A DNA stretch of 62,857 bases, filler included, from Trichomonas gallinae (lineage: Eukaryota): the NCBI GenBank assembly GCA_008369845.1. It is 6 parts of 6 records of this genome, joined end to end, with 100 filler letters (N's around TTAATTAATTAA, not from the genome) between each part and the next. Parts side by side here need not be neighbours in the genome. Positions count along the whole stretch, not along the records: positions 12,737 to 39,542 come from MRSU01000026.1; 5 more parts are not named here. One strand, written 5' to 3'. Below, piece by piece: positions 20,743 through 31,595 of the stretch. Below the pieces are notes generated by a model that was not told where the DNA came from, searched no databases, and saw only the letters and a list, made by a program, of their open reading frames with translations. Position numbers and translations under genes: made by a program. How positions within the stretch are numbered: the stretch's first letter is position 1; each line of letters begins with the position of its first letter.

Positions 20743-22461
20743 TTATACTTTTTTGGATTTCTTCGAACCTTTTCCTTTCTTTCCCTTCTTTTTCTTCTTG
20801 GGCTGAGTGGATCCAAGCCCAACAAGAGGCTGGCGTGGAATTTGCGCGGGTTGTGCATCAATTTCTCCGTTTGGTTTCGGATGCGTCGCTTTTTTAACGA
20901 TTTCGTCCCATGTAGCTGGATCATCTATGTCTCCAGGCAATATAGGATATATCTGCTCCCACGCGGACTTCTCAGACTCGCCGTTTGAATCTCCAGTAGT
21001 TGTCACGTGTTCAAAACAGTCTCTGATGAATCCTGTCTTAAGATCTTTCTCGAAATCAACTGTCACTGAGAGAGACGGGCGGTCATTGAGTTCTAAGATT
21101 TTTGGCTGAAGATCTGAATCTAATATAACATCAATTCCTAATATATGGAAATATCGAGCAACTGGTCTAAGAGGAGGCAAACCACGGCCTTTCTTTGACT
21201 CTTTCGTCTCTTGTTGGACTGGATGTATTATGTCTTGCGACTGATGAATCGATTCTTGTGGATGTTCTTCTTCTGACTCTTCTGGCTTTTGCGAATCCAT
21301 TTGTTTTGGAAGGATGGATGGATTCTTGCGGCCAGGAGACTGAGACAATGATCTGCGCCGAGATGAAAATTCTGTTAATGCAGGCAGTTGAGATGGAGCC
21401 TCAGGCTTTGGTGCAGGCTTTGCTTGAGGTGAGTTGTTTGTTTTTCTGTTCTTATTTAATGGTGGAAGCCCGGATTCTTCATTTTGCTCTTTTTCTTCAG
21501 CTGGACACTGATTTTGGCATAGTTCTTCTTCTTTCCTGTTTTCGTCGCCTTTCATCTCTTCCTTTTTCCTCTGTCTGTTGTCTTGTCTTGCTTTTTGCAA
21601 ATACAGCGGAATTAGTCGCTGCTCTCTCTGTTTTGGAAGCAAAGAGATAAGTTTTGGAAGAATTCCGATGATAACAGCACGTGCGCAGTGCTTTACACGA
21701 GGCCAGATCATTTTTCCTTCCGGATTCTGCTGACAGATGTTTGCAAGTACTTCTGTTGCCTTCTTTGTAAAATCCTCTGGTGAAGCGTCCCCGTTTTTAA
21801 CGTTGATTGCTGTGTTTGTAAGATGGATAAAGTTATCTTCTCTATTTGCTCGAGAAGGCATCTGAAATGGCTCCGAGCAAAAACGAGCGATACCTTCTTT
21901 GTATATAAAAAGCCTCAGTGGAGACATAGAAGCTATTAAAACATAAAATCGAAAATCGAATTTTCTTCCGTTCACTAAAAACGGACGTACGTATTGCTGA
22001 ATGACTGACTGCTCTGTAACTTGCGAAGCTTCGTGGACAGATTGTATGATTGTAATTCCGGCGCCACAACATGAATTTCTAGGCTTAACAACCCACGTTG
22101 GTGGTGTTGTAGAACGCGAACAAATCTGCATGTGTTCACGTTGGAACTCGAGAAATTCATTTGGTAGCATCAATGTTTTCGGATATACGCTAAATTGCTG
22201 TGGGTAGTACTTACACATCTCATTTAATGCCGTAAAGAGTGAGGACTTGTAGCACATGTAGTCCATACCTGGAACTTTCGAACAGCGCTGATACGGAAGA
22301 TAATCGAAACTTTCTTCGCGCGTCAATATACCATCCACCCACACAAGAGGCGGGTACGTGTCTGTGTCCGCTGGAACTAGGCCAGCTTCTTCTATCCCTC
22401 CACGTGACGTGGCGTACTTAGCGCGTGCCGCGTCTATCTCGACGCCTTGGCATCTCCTCAT
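20743..22461 (-). CDS. Tubulin-tyrosine ligase-like (TTLL) polyglutamylase-type enzyme
   Basis: Motifs WVVKP..CCGAGI, IQQYV.P.LVNGRKFDFRFYVL, ARFCSEPF, HLTNTAIN, ILGIDVILD..P.ILELNDRPSL. Confidence 0.92.
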   Translation of the reverse strand: MRRCQGVEIDAARAKYATSRGGIEEAGLVPADTDTYPPLVWVDGILTREESFDYLPYQRCSKVPGMDYMCYKSSLFTALNEMCKYYPQQFSVYPKTLMLPNEFLEFQREHMQICSRSTTPPTWVVKPRNSCCGAGITIIQSVHEASQVTEQSVIQQYVRPFLVNGRKFDFRFYVLIASMSPLRLFIYKEGIARFCSEPFQMPSRANREDNFIHLTNTAINVKNGDASPEDFTKKATEVLANICQQNPEGKMIWPRVKHCARAVIIGILPKLISLLPKQREQRLIPLYLQKARQDNRQRKKEEMKGDENRKEEELCQNQCPAEEKEQNEESGLPPLNKNRKTNNSPQAKPAPKPEAPSQLPALTEFSSRRRSLSQSPGRKNPSILPKQMDSQKPEESEEEHPQESIHQSQDIIHPVQQETKESKKGRGLPPLRPVARYFHILGIDVILDSDLQPKILELNDRPSLSVTVDFEKDLKTGFIRDCFEHVTTTGDSNGESEKSAWEQIYPILPGDIDDPATWDEIVKKATHPKPNGEIDAQPAQIPRQPLVGLGSTQPKKKKKGKKGKGSKKSKKV

Positions 22462-23212
22462 TCGAGGAAATTGAATTCAATTCGAACGATGAAAATTTTT
22501 TAAAATATTGATTTTGGACACTTTACAACAAAATACGTTATTAATAGTTCGCTAGTCCAACCTTTTTATCATGTTTTTTGGATATGTTATATCATGGGCA
22601 TTTTATCTAGATGGGAATTTGATCAATTAATAAATGTTATGTGTGAAATTTCCAAACAATATAACTCAATATATATCGTGTAAGATGTAAATATGATAGT
22701 GATTCTATATTACAAATTAGAAAGAGAAAAGTATTCCCTAAAATACGTTATTATCACTTTTCTTATGAAATTTCATCACATCAGATCATATAATCCGTTT
22801 TTGAACATCCCTATTTAGATCAAATTTTCCAATGTCTGTATTCACGAAATGCTCACTTAAAATCAGTTGAAAAAATTTGTCCCCCATAGAATTGTTGAGC
22901 GACAAACTAATATAAATTTTTGGAATACACAAATGTGATTAATATATATATAATAGAGAAGAGTAAATACTATATGTTAGTAAAATGAAACAGTAACTAT
23001 CATATTATTATTGTAGTGAAGATTGAATAATGCCACTATTGATGTAAAAAATGAAAATATATTATGAAGTTCATCAGTCTCCTGCAATGAAAATAGAGTG
23101 TTCAATGATACAATCGATTGAATTTTTATATGTAAGTAAAAATATCTAATAATAAATGGAAAGTGTATATGATATATTTATGAAAAATACTATATAATAC
23201 AATAAATTAAAT

Positions 23213-25045
23213 CTATTTGCGGTGTATCTTTGCTTTCTTCCTTTGAACAGTTGCGCGTGATGATGATGACTGTGTCGAAGGAATGTCACTGACAATAGAA
23301 CCAAGTGCATCGTCCAACGATTCTTCCTTCTTCGGCCTCATCATTTCTTTCTGCTCCTTTTGTGCTTGAACCTGCGGCTGCGGTGTTCCTCTCTTGTGTA
23401 TCTTGTAGACTTTGGAAGGCTCGGAGCTCTGCTGCGGTGTCAAATTCACTGGTCTCCTTGGCTTAGGCTCGTCAAAGAAATCATCTATATCCTGTATTGG
23501 CTCAGCCGGCTTCCTGAAACTCTGTGGCTGTGGCTGAGGCTGTGGTTGTGGCTTAGGTTCGTCTTTGCTCATGAGCTGGTTGATTTTGCCCTTGAGGAAG
23601 TCGAATGCTTGGTTCGCTTTTTCTTTAGCTTTGTCGTAGCCGTGTTCGATCTTCTCGAAGATCTCTGGCTTGTCTGGAGTGGCTGGGTGGTATGTCTCCT
23701 TTGACGGCACGAAGCTGCATGACTCGTATTGCGTTTTCTGGCGCTGCGGTGGCTGTGGCTGCTGTTGTTGTGGCTTCGGATTGTCGCTGAAAAAGTCGTC
23801 AATTTCATCTTTGTTCGCGTTTTCCTCTTCTATGTTCTCGAAAACTGGATTTTGTGGCTTCTCTTCCTCAATGAATGGATTAGGAGCGTCATCATCATCT
23901 TCCACCGTCTTGAGTTGTGACTTTGGCGCAATTTTCGGCTCGACATTTTTAATAATTGTTTTTGGAGTTGTTTCCAATGGCGGAAGCTCTTTGATTACAA
24001 CATTCTCTGGTTCGGCTTCATTGTCATCGTTATCAAAGAAGTCATCCATGTCTGCGTTATCGTTTTCGTCGTCTTCGATTTGCAAATCTGGAATTTTTGG
24101 CTTTTCTTCTTCGTGTTCGCTTTCTTCTTCAATTACAGCTTTAAGTGGCCTGTCTATGATAGTCTTTTTCATTGGTTGAGGCTTTGGCTGCGAAATTGGT
24201 TTTTGTTGTGGATTTGGTTTTGGTTCCGCAAAGAAATCATCAATTTCTGTATTAGAAGCAGGTTTTGGTTGTTCTTTTGGCTGCTCAACTGGCTTTTTAG
24301 CGACTTTTTTCGTTGTTTGTGATTTTTGGATTTTTGGCTTTGTTTTGGGCTTTTCAGCAAAGAAATCATCTATATCTTCGTTAATAACCTCAACAACTGG
24401 CTCAGGATCAGCAATTACGTTGTCTGATTGTGATCTTGATAGAACATGAGTATCTTTGGCTGTTCTTGAGTGTTTTATGCGTATTTTGCCTCTTGTTTGT
24501 GATGGAGTTGATGAAATAAGATTAATTGCATCATCAACGTCGTTAGACTGAGATTGAGATCTAGACATTGTTTTTGAAGCGAGAGGTGTTGTTTTAATGA
24601 CTTTTGGAACCTCTTTCTGTGCAAATGTTGGCGTAGAGTTGTTAATTGGAGTAGAATTCGTTAATAAAAGATGTGGCGGGGTGGCTGTTCTATCAACGTA
24701 TTTTCTTGCGACGTATTTGTCTTCAATGAACCTTTTCATTGCCATTGTATCCGTTCCTTTCGGTCTAACGAAGTTTTCTGGCAAATTTGCTTCGAAATAT
24801 TCGTTAAGTCTTTGATTTCCGACTGCTTGCATAACGGAAAGCAGCTTAGGAGGCCACGAATCGAGCGTGCACGAGCGCACAAGAGTAATATGCGTACCCA
24901 AAGATCTATGGATTCCGCTACACTTCAAGCAGATGAAAGCTCCGAACGTTGTTGACGCCCAGTCGGGCTTTGCAGACTGGCAGTCAGCGCAAATTTGGTT
25001 TTCTGGCAGACTCATCAGCTTTTTTATCTCTTGGATGCCAGACAT
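23213..25045 (-). CDS. ArfGAP domain protein with a long disordered tail
   Basis: CADC..PDWAS..G.FICLKCSGIHRSLGTHIT.VRS..LD.W and FIEDKY. Confidence 0.93.
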   Translation of the reverse strand: MSGIQEIKKLMSLPENQICADCQSAKPDWASTTFGAFICLKCSGIHRSLGTHITLVRSCTLDSWPPKLLSVMQAVGNQRLNEYFEANLPENFVRPKGTDTMAMKRFIEDKYVARKYVDRTATPPHLLLTNSTPINNSTPTFAQKEVPKVIKTTPLASKTMSRSQSQSNDVDDAINLISSTPSQTRGKIRIKHSRTAKDTHVLSRSQSDNVIADPEPVVEVINEDIDDFFAEKPKTKPKIQKSQTTKKVAKKPVEQPKEQPKPASNTEIDDFFAEPKPNPQQKPISQPKPQPMKKTIIDRPLKAVIEEESEHEEEKPKIPDLQIEDDENDNADMDDFFDNDDNEAEPENVVIKELPPLETTPKTIIKNVEPKIAPKSQLKTVEDDDDAPNPFIEEEKPQNPVFENIEEENANKDEIDDFFSDNPKPQQQQPQPPQRQKTQYESCSFVPSKETYHPATPDKPEIFEKIEHGYDKAKEKANQAFDFLKGKINQLMSKDEPKPQPQPQPQPQSFRKPAEPIQDIDDFFDEPKPRRPVNLTPQQSSEPSKVYKIHKRGTPQPQVQAQKEQKEMMRPKKEESLDDALGSIVSDIPSTQSSSSRATVQRKKAKIHRK

Positions 25046-25888
25046 CTTTGGAAATAAATAATTTTGATGAACCGATCACGACTATATTATAAATAACAGA
25101 ATTTTAACATTAAATCAAAAAATCTTGATTCATCAAAAAGTGACACAATTATTCATCGTTTTGACTGTTTACATGTCAAATATTTTAATGCATCATTTTT
25201 TTTCTTGTTCTGAGTCATACATCTTATAAATGCAAATATATATAATAATGAAATATATTCCAATTACAATATTACTGCATGCATTTTAAGCTTTAATTGT
25301 CTTTATATAAAGAGATATGAACAAAGTTTTACTTTGAAGAATTGAGAAAATATGTAAATTGTCAGAAAGATTTTGGTAAATTGGCAAAAGTCAAATGGCA
25401 AAAAAATCTAAAATCATTGCAACAATAGAGTATATTTTTGCTGAAAAGCATCTTTATTAGCTTCTACATGCTATTTTTATGCTGAAAACGCTTCATTAGA
25501 CGTGTTTGCAATGCTTGCGATAGGAAAATCTGATTGTTGTATTATCAAATATTTACACATGATTCTAATAATAAATTTTTAAAGTATTCCTATGTTTTCG
25601 AATTTGCAAATTCTTTAACAACTTAAGAAGAGAATCGCGACGAGTTACAACAAATGACTCTTTCTTTAATAGACGAATTTTGATGTGTGATTTACTTTCA
25701 TGTTCATCTTGTATCAAAGGAGTCGCATCAACCGATATGTTTGCTAATAAACAATTTGATCATTGCGCTTCAATTGTGTTATATATTATATAACTATGAT
25801 AAAACTGCTATATATTGAAAAAAAAAAAATATTAGTAAATAATTGAAAAGAAGCAATTTATCTCATCTGATAAATGAGAAATATATAA

Positions 25889-28306
25889 TTATCTCACGTG
25901 GTAAATTGTGATGTTTCCTGGGTCACTTTCGCATGTGACTGTCTTATCATCATCTGGGAGCAAAACAAAGCTAGAATCTGAGAATTTGCGGACATCCTCT
26001 GACTCTAAGTGGACATAGAAGGCTGGATTTTCTGTTGTGACATGAACCTTGTATGTATTTCCATCTTTTTGTGTTATGTATTTGAGATTTGGCTCCTGGA
26101 TGTTGCAGTTCTTGATTTCATCCAAGAACATGTAGTTGCGGAGTTTCTTGCTGCCAAATTCTACTTCAGCAAGATAAAATCCGTCAACCTTAGAAAATGT
26201 GAATTTGCTTGCTGCAATTGACCAGATCTTTGTAGCCTTTGTTGCCTTGCCCGTTGCTGTGTTTGAATCCTCAGAAAGAACCTTTCCATGGAAATCAATC
26301 CATTTGACAGAATATTTGACCTCGACATCATCATAAAGATCGTTGATCAAGAAGAGGGAGTATTCATTATCATCCTTTGTGAGAACGATAGATCTTGGCT
26401 CGAAGAAATTCCGTGCGTGATACATTAATTGTTTCCAGCGGCCCTTGTATTCGATTGATGACCATGAAGAAACTGGCCAGCAGTCGTTTATCTGCCAGAA
26501 AATTGCTCCAGTATTATACTCTTTTTGAAGTCTCCAGTATTCAACAGCAGTCTTAATTGCAAGAGCCTGAGTGACTTGAGACATGTAAAGTAAATCAACG
26601 AACGATTGTGGCTGCTTGAAATAGATGTCGATCATATCTTTAATCTTTGCATTTCCGTTAGCTGACTTCTGGTGGACCTTGAATGCTGGGGCATCAATTG
26701 AATCAGTGCCTGGTGGTGCAAATATGTGAACAACTGGAAGAGATGGATAACTTTGGAATCCGAATTCAGAGCAGAAGCGTGGCTTAACGATTGTGTAGCC
26801 GGAGAAGTTTAGGTCACCATGCCAAACCTCCCAATAGTGTGAATCTCCCTTTGTTACGTTGACGAAATCGCCGAAATAATCTCCTTCGCCAGTAGATGGA
26901 GAAGCGAGCCAGAAAGTGCGTGAAGGATCAAATGTGTTGATTTGCTTCTTCAAGAACTGGTTAAGCTTCTGATATTCGTGTCTGTAAAAATCGATGTGGT
27001 GGACTGTGCCTGGAGACCAGTTAATTGTTGTCCAGATCTCGTTGTCACCATTCCACAATGCAATGCATGGATGATATTGAATTCTGAGCAATGTATCATC
27101 TAATTCGCCTTCAACTTCCTTAAAGAACCAATCTGTTGTTGGATACTGAGAGCATGCAAACAAAAGATCCTGCCAAATCAAAATACCATACTCATCACAC
27201 ATTTCGTAGAAATAATCAGGCATATAATATCCACCGCCCCAGCATCTTATCATATTCATGTTGGCGAGCTTAGCATCGAGGAGCATTTCTTGATAGCGCT
27301 CTCTCGTCTCTCTGGCTGGAAGAGCATCGAGAGGAATAATATTTCCACCGCGGCAATAGATTGGTTTTCCGTTAAGAATGAACTGGAATGATCTGCCATG
27401 CTCATCTGGTTCATTGATGAGCTCTAAATCTCTAAATCCTAATTGTTTTGTGATGACAACATTATCATAAATCACAGTAAATGGATATAATTTTGGTGTT
27501 CCGTAGTCCCATGTGCTCCAAAGCTCGTGCTGGATGTTAGCAATTGATCTATCAATGTGAAATACTTGTTTTCCTCTTTTATCTGGAAGAAAACTGAAAG
27601 AAAGGTCGAAAATTTTGGCTCTTATTGGCATATCTGTGAGTTTGTAGATCTCGGCGTAAATGTCAACAACCAGACGATCGCTTTTAGAGTAATGTTTGAT
27701 TCCCAAAATTCTTCCAGTCTTAATTGGTTCAATTTTGACGTCATCGTAAATTCCGAATGGAACTAAGCATGGCCCCCAGTCCCAGCCTGACTGGAACTGC
27801 GGTTTTCTGATTAAATTCATGTTAGGATATTGATTATTGCCTTCGGCCCAAGGAACTGGGTTTGGTAATGTTTCATTTAATCTCTGAGCTTCTAAAACAG
27901 CGGAATCGAAGACAATTCTGATGTTATTCGTTCCAAGCTTTAAATATTTTTTAATATCGACAGAATAACGTCTATACATGTTTGTAGTCTTTAAAACTTC
28001 GTGATCGTTGATATAAACTGTGCTAAGAGTGTCGAGATAAGTGAAAGTTAAGTTAATCGAATGATATTCGTCTGATTCTGGATTTATTGAAGAATCTAAT
28101 GTGAAATCTCTTGTAATTTCCCATGACTGGAGGTGAATCCAGTGCGATACATTCTCGTTTGTGTTATAATAAGGATCTGGGATCAAATTATTTTCTAATA
28201 ATGCTGAGTGAACATCACCAGGAATACGGATAACTACGTTTTCGATTTCCTTTTGTTTACAGGAAAGCAACCAGTTTCCGTTAAGCAGCATATTAACAAG
28301 AGTCAT
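25889..28306 (-). CDS. Beta-mannosidase (glycoside hydrolase family 2)
   Basis: GWDWGP, NMNMIRCWGGG, GILIWQD..FAC, W.GDNE (acid/base), GDSHYW, RFCSEFGFQS (nucleophile), WQINDCWP. Confidence 0.92.
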   Translation of the reverse strand: MTLVNMLLNGNWLLSCKQKEIENVVIRIPGDVHSALLENNLIPDPYYNTNENVSHWIHLQSWEITRDFTLDSSINPESDEYHSINLTFTYLDTLSTVYINDHEVLKTTNMYRRYSVDIKKYLKLGTNNIRIVFDSAVLEAQRLNETLPNPVPWAEGNNQYPNMNLIRKPQFQSGWDWGPCLVPFGIYDDVKIEPIKTGRILGIKHYSKSDRLVVDIYAEIYKLTDMPIRAKIFDLSFSFLPDKRGKQVFHIDRSIANIQHELWSTWDYGTPKLYPFTVIYDNVVITKQLGFRDLELINEPDEHGRSFQFILNGKPIYCRGGNIIPLDALPARETRERYQEMLLDAKLANMNMIRCWGGGYYMPDYFYEMCDEYGILIWQDLLFACSQYPTTDWFFKEVEGELDDTLLRIQYHPCIALWNGDNEIWTTINWSPGTVHHIDFYRHEYQKLNQFLKKQINTFDPSRTFWLASPSTGEGDYFGDFVNVTKGDSHYWEVWHGDLNFSGYTIVKPRFCSEFGFQSYPSLPVVHIFAPPGTDSIDAPAFKVHQKSANGNAKIKDMIDIYFKQPQSFVDLLYMSQVTQALAIKTAVEYWRLQKEYNTGAIFWQINDCWPVSSWSSIEYKGRWKQLMYHARNFFEPRSIVLTKDDNEYSLFLINDLYDDVEVKYSVKWIDFHGKVLSEDSNTATGKATKATKIWSIAASKFTFSKVDGFYLAEVEFGSKKLRNYMFLDEIKNCNIQEPNLKYITQKDGNTYKVHVTTENPAFYVHLESEDVRKFSDSSFVLLPDDDKTVTCESDPGNITIYHVR

Positions 28307-29049
28307 TTTTGAAAAAAAAAAACTAAAAAAAGATCAAAGCGGTTTTGAAATTAAAAATGCCAAAACTTGTTGCTGTAATTCTAGCTGCTTATGGACACAC
28401 TCATTATCTTCTCTATTCGTGTCAATCAGTTTCATTGAAAATCAATTTGTGTGTTCATAAAAAAGGTACAAAATATTTGTGTAAAGTCATAGAAAAATTC
28501 TATAAGTCAATTCAATTTTGTCGGTTTTTGGACCCCTATATACTTTCTGAAGAATTGATGTTGTGTATTATATACAACTATCAGGATCTGAGCATGATTT
28601 TATGAGTCCTATGAGATTTTTTTATATTCGAGATCGTGTTAGCTATAACATTGAATTCATAATGCGGCCTTGATTATGGTATGTTAAAATTACTTCCATG
28701 AGTTGAATATTTTCATTATGAAGTAGCTGAATTTGTTCTTTTAATAATGCAGTTGCAAAGTTGCCAACACTAAAATTATGATTTTTGTCAAAATTTCACC
28801 AAGTTAAATTTCTTCTTCTTCTAGCATAGGTGATTTGAACTTTTCATGTTTTCACGTATGTGACTTTTGTGATCCTACTGTATCTACATCTTAATTCGGA
28901 AGGAAATCTGAAGAAAGCTGAACATCTGCACTTTTACAATCCAATTAAATTATCTTGACAAAACTTCTTTGTCATATTATCATGATGTTGATTTGATTTC
29001 ATCATTCAATGCTCTTGCTGCAAAAATGCCAAAATTAAGAATTATTACT

Positions 29050-29170
29050 AGGGATGTGCGAACTGGCCGTTTAGTGATGATATTTTAAGGGGATTCCGCC
29101 TCGCTTTTCGCGCGCTGAATAAAATTGCGCATTTCGTTCGCTGCTAAAAAGTGAGAATTCGCACAACCCT
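29050..29170. mobile_element. 121-bp MITE (non-autonomous DNA transposon) with 15-bp TIRs and a 9-bp TSD
   Basis: TIRs AGGGATGTGCGAACT (29050-29064) and AATTCGCACAACCCT (29156-29170) are 13/15 complementary. A perfect ATTATTACT direct repeat lies at 29041-29049 and 29171-29179. The element is GC-rich relative to its flanks. Confidence 0.8.
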
Positions 29171-29258
29171 ATTATTACTGAAAATTACCAATAAAAACAG
29201 TAGAAATCGAATTTTCGAAAATTGTCACTTTTCCTGAAAACAGTAACAAATATAAAGA

Positions 29259-30779
29259 ATGACAGAAGGAACAGCTGAATCTCCAAATTCCACAGCAGAG
29301 GAGACTCAGCAACATTCTGAACAAACACCTGTCAACACAGAAAATGTTCCAACTCAAGAAACACCGATGCAAGAAAATTCGATTTCAGAAACACCTAAAA
29401 AGGAGGAAACAGATACTTCACAGCAACCGAAAACACCATTATCACCTACAAAATCTAAAGAACAAGAAAAATCGACACCAGCAAAAACTAAGAATGATAC
29501 TCTTTACTGGTTAAATCGTTCGCGAATTGAAGATGCATCAGATCCGGTCGATATGAGGCCAGATTCCGAAGAATGGACCAGCCAAGAGCTTCATCTTTTC
29601 ATTGTTACTGATGCAGGTAAACCAGTTTACTCTCGTTACGGAACTGTTCAGAAACTTTCTCCGATTTTATGTACATGTGTAGCTATTTTAGGCCACATGG
29701 AATCATTAAATGAAGAATTAAACCATTTCAGGGCAGGATCTCACACTTTCGTCTTCCTTCCTAAATCACCATTCGTATTTATTGCTGTATCAAAATCTTC
29801 ACTACCTGTTTCTTACTTATTCAAACAACTTAATTTCTTGTATAATCTTTTCCTTTCACTTTTCTCTGAAAACCTCATCAATCAACTATCTGCTCGTCCT
29901 GCTTGCGATTTCCGTCAGATTGCAGAAGGCACTCGTCCAGCATGGGATGGAGTTGTTAATAATATGAGTGAAGACCCTGCATTTATCTTTGCCCCATCTG
30001 TACCAGTTTCACATATGCGTCCTGACCAGCGTGCATCCATTGTTTCCCATTTCGATAAACTTCAATCATGCAAATTATCAATGCTCATGTTCAGGAACCG
30101 CGTTCTTGCTGTAGGCAAGTGCACGTGCGATTCCTTATCTCTCCGCCTCATAGTTGACTTAATGTGGACGCCAGCTTTCCAAAGTGGAGAGTCTTGGACG
30201 CCTTTCTTCGCCCGCGACTCAACGGACGGCATGCATCACCTCTATATCAACAAGCACAAGAGCAGCGACTTCGCGCTCGTCATGCTCTGCTCTGACAGCC
30301 CCAATCTCGGCGTTGCATATCACACGGCGGCGACGCACATATTCCAGGAGCTCGAGGAAAAGTATATCGTGCAACTAGAGAAACCTCTCGACTGGGAACC
30401 GAAAGTTTTCTACTGCTGGGCATTGCATTCTATTGCTTATGGACAGGTCTACATAACAGACCCTGTTTCTCCTCATTTCGCAGGCCAGACGAAGCAGGAC
30501 TCCATCAAAAAGATGCAGGAACTCTCCAAGCAGCTCGCAAAGTCGTGCGACATGGTCGAGACGAATGCGGTTGACGGAGAGTACATGTTCAGGGGTGAGA
30601 AAGAGGTAATAGTTGTATACAAGTGCTCTACGCACGAGATTTACGCTGTCGCGAAGTCAGAGGATCTGAAGGACTCTGAACTTAGCGCAAAACTTGCTGA
30701 GCTGAAGAATTTCATTAACGCGCACTTTAATGAGCTTATTATTGTAGAGAGTAAGTTCCACATCAACAAATTCACATAA
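29259..30779 (+). CDS. MON1: Mon1/SAND family vacuolar fusion protein (Rab7 GEF subunit)
   Basis: Signature LFIVTDAGKPVYSRYG, plus AGSHTFVFL..SP.VFIAVS and GESWTP. Confidence 0.85.
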   Translation: MTEGTAESPNSTAEETQQHSEQTPVNTENVPTQETPMQENSISETPKKEETDTSQQPKTPLSPTKSKEQEKSTPAKTKNDTLYWLNRSRIEDASDPVDMRPDSEEWTSQELHLFIVTDAGKPVYSRYGTVQKLSPILCTCVAILGHMESLNEELNHFRAGSHTFVFLPKSPFVFIAVSKSSLPVSYLFKQLNFLYNLFLSLFSENLINQLSARPACDFRQIAEGTRPAWDGVVNNMSEDPAFIFAPSVPVSHMRPDQRASIVSHFDKLQSCKLSMLMFRNRVLAVGKCTCDSLSLRLIVDLMWTPAFQSGESWTPFFARDSTDGMHHLYINKHKSSDFALVMLCSDSPNLGVAYHTAATHIFQELEEKYIVQLEKPLDWEPKVFYCWALHSIAYGQVYITDPVSPHFAGQTKQDSIKKMQELSKQLAKSCDMVETNAVDGEYMFRGEKEVIVVYKCSTHEIYAVAKSEDLKDSELSAKLAELKNFINAHFNELIIVESKFHINKFT

Positions 30780-31595
30780 ACATATCTATTTGAATTCGAC
30801 AATCATAGCATTTTATATATAATTGGTAGCAATTCATCAATTTTCTTCAAAATTAAATGTGCTTTAAACGATGAATATATCGTGTTCATTGCCTCAGACC
30901 GAAAACCACAAATCAAAAAAAAATCATGTTTGATGTTATGAAGCGGAAACTGGCCAGATTACGCAGTCAAAAACTATCTGTACGCATGGCCATATGAAGA
31001 TAATATTAAAAGAGCAAAAAAGAATCAGAATAAGAGGCTGAAAATATACAGATTATGATAATAGACTTAAAAATTAAAATTGTTTGTATTAATTTAAAGC
31101 ATTTTGAAATATATTTAAAATTGATTGTATTAATTTAGTATATTGGCTCGTTAAATCTTAATAAAATTGAAGAATAACGAAATTTGCAAACTCGAGAATG
31201 TTCTATAAAGTGAATGGAAATATAAGAAATATAAGTGATCATGATGCATGAAAATATATGCGTTGTCGCTTTTTATGGAATTTTCGTATAAAAATATTTT
31301 GATAATTGATAGACAGACAAATAAAAAACAACATTTATAAATACAATCAAATAAAAGATAGGCTATATATGGCTTAAATTAAATGCAATGGATTTGCAAA
31401 TTTTTCAAAATTAGGATAACTTTCTTATTATTACTGTACTGACATATTGGTGTCATCTAATATTAATAATGTGATGGAACTGTGAGATTATTAGTGCGAA
31501 CATAAATTTTTCGAATCAAATTTTTCAGCATATATTAACTAATTCTTGTAGAAATGGTTACTGTTTTGATTCAATGCTCATAGTTATATAGGGAT

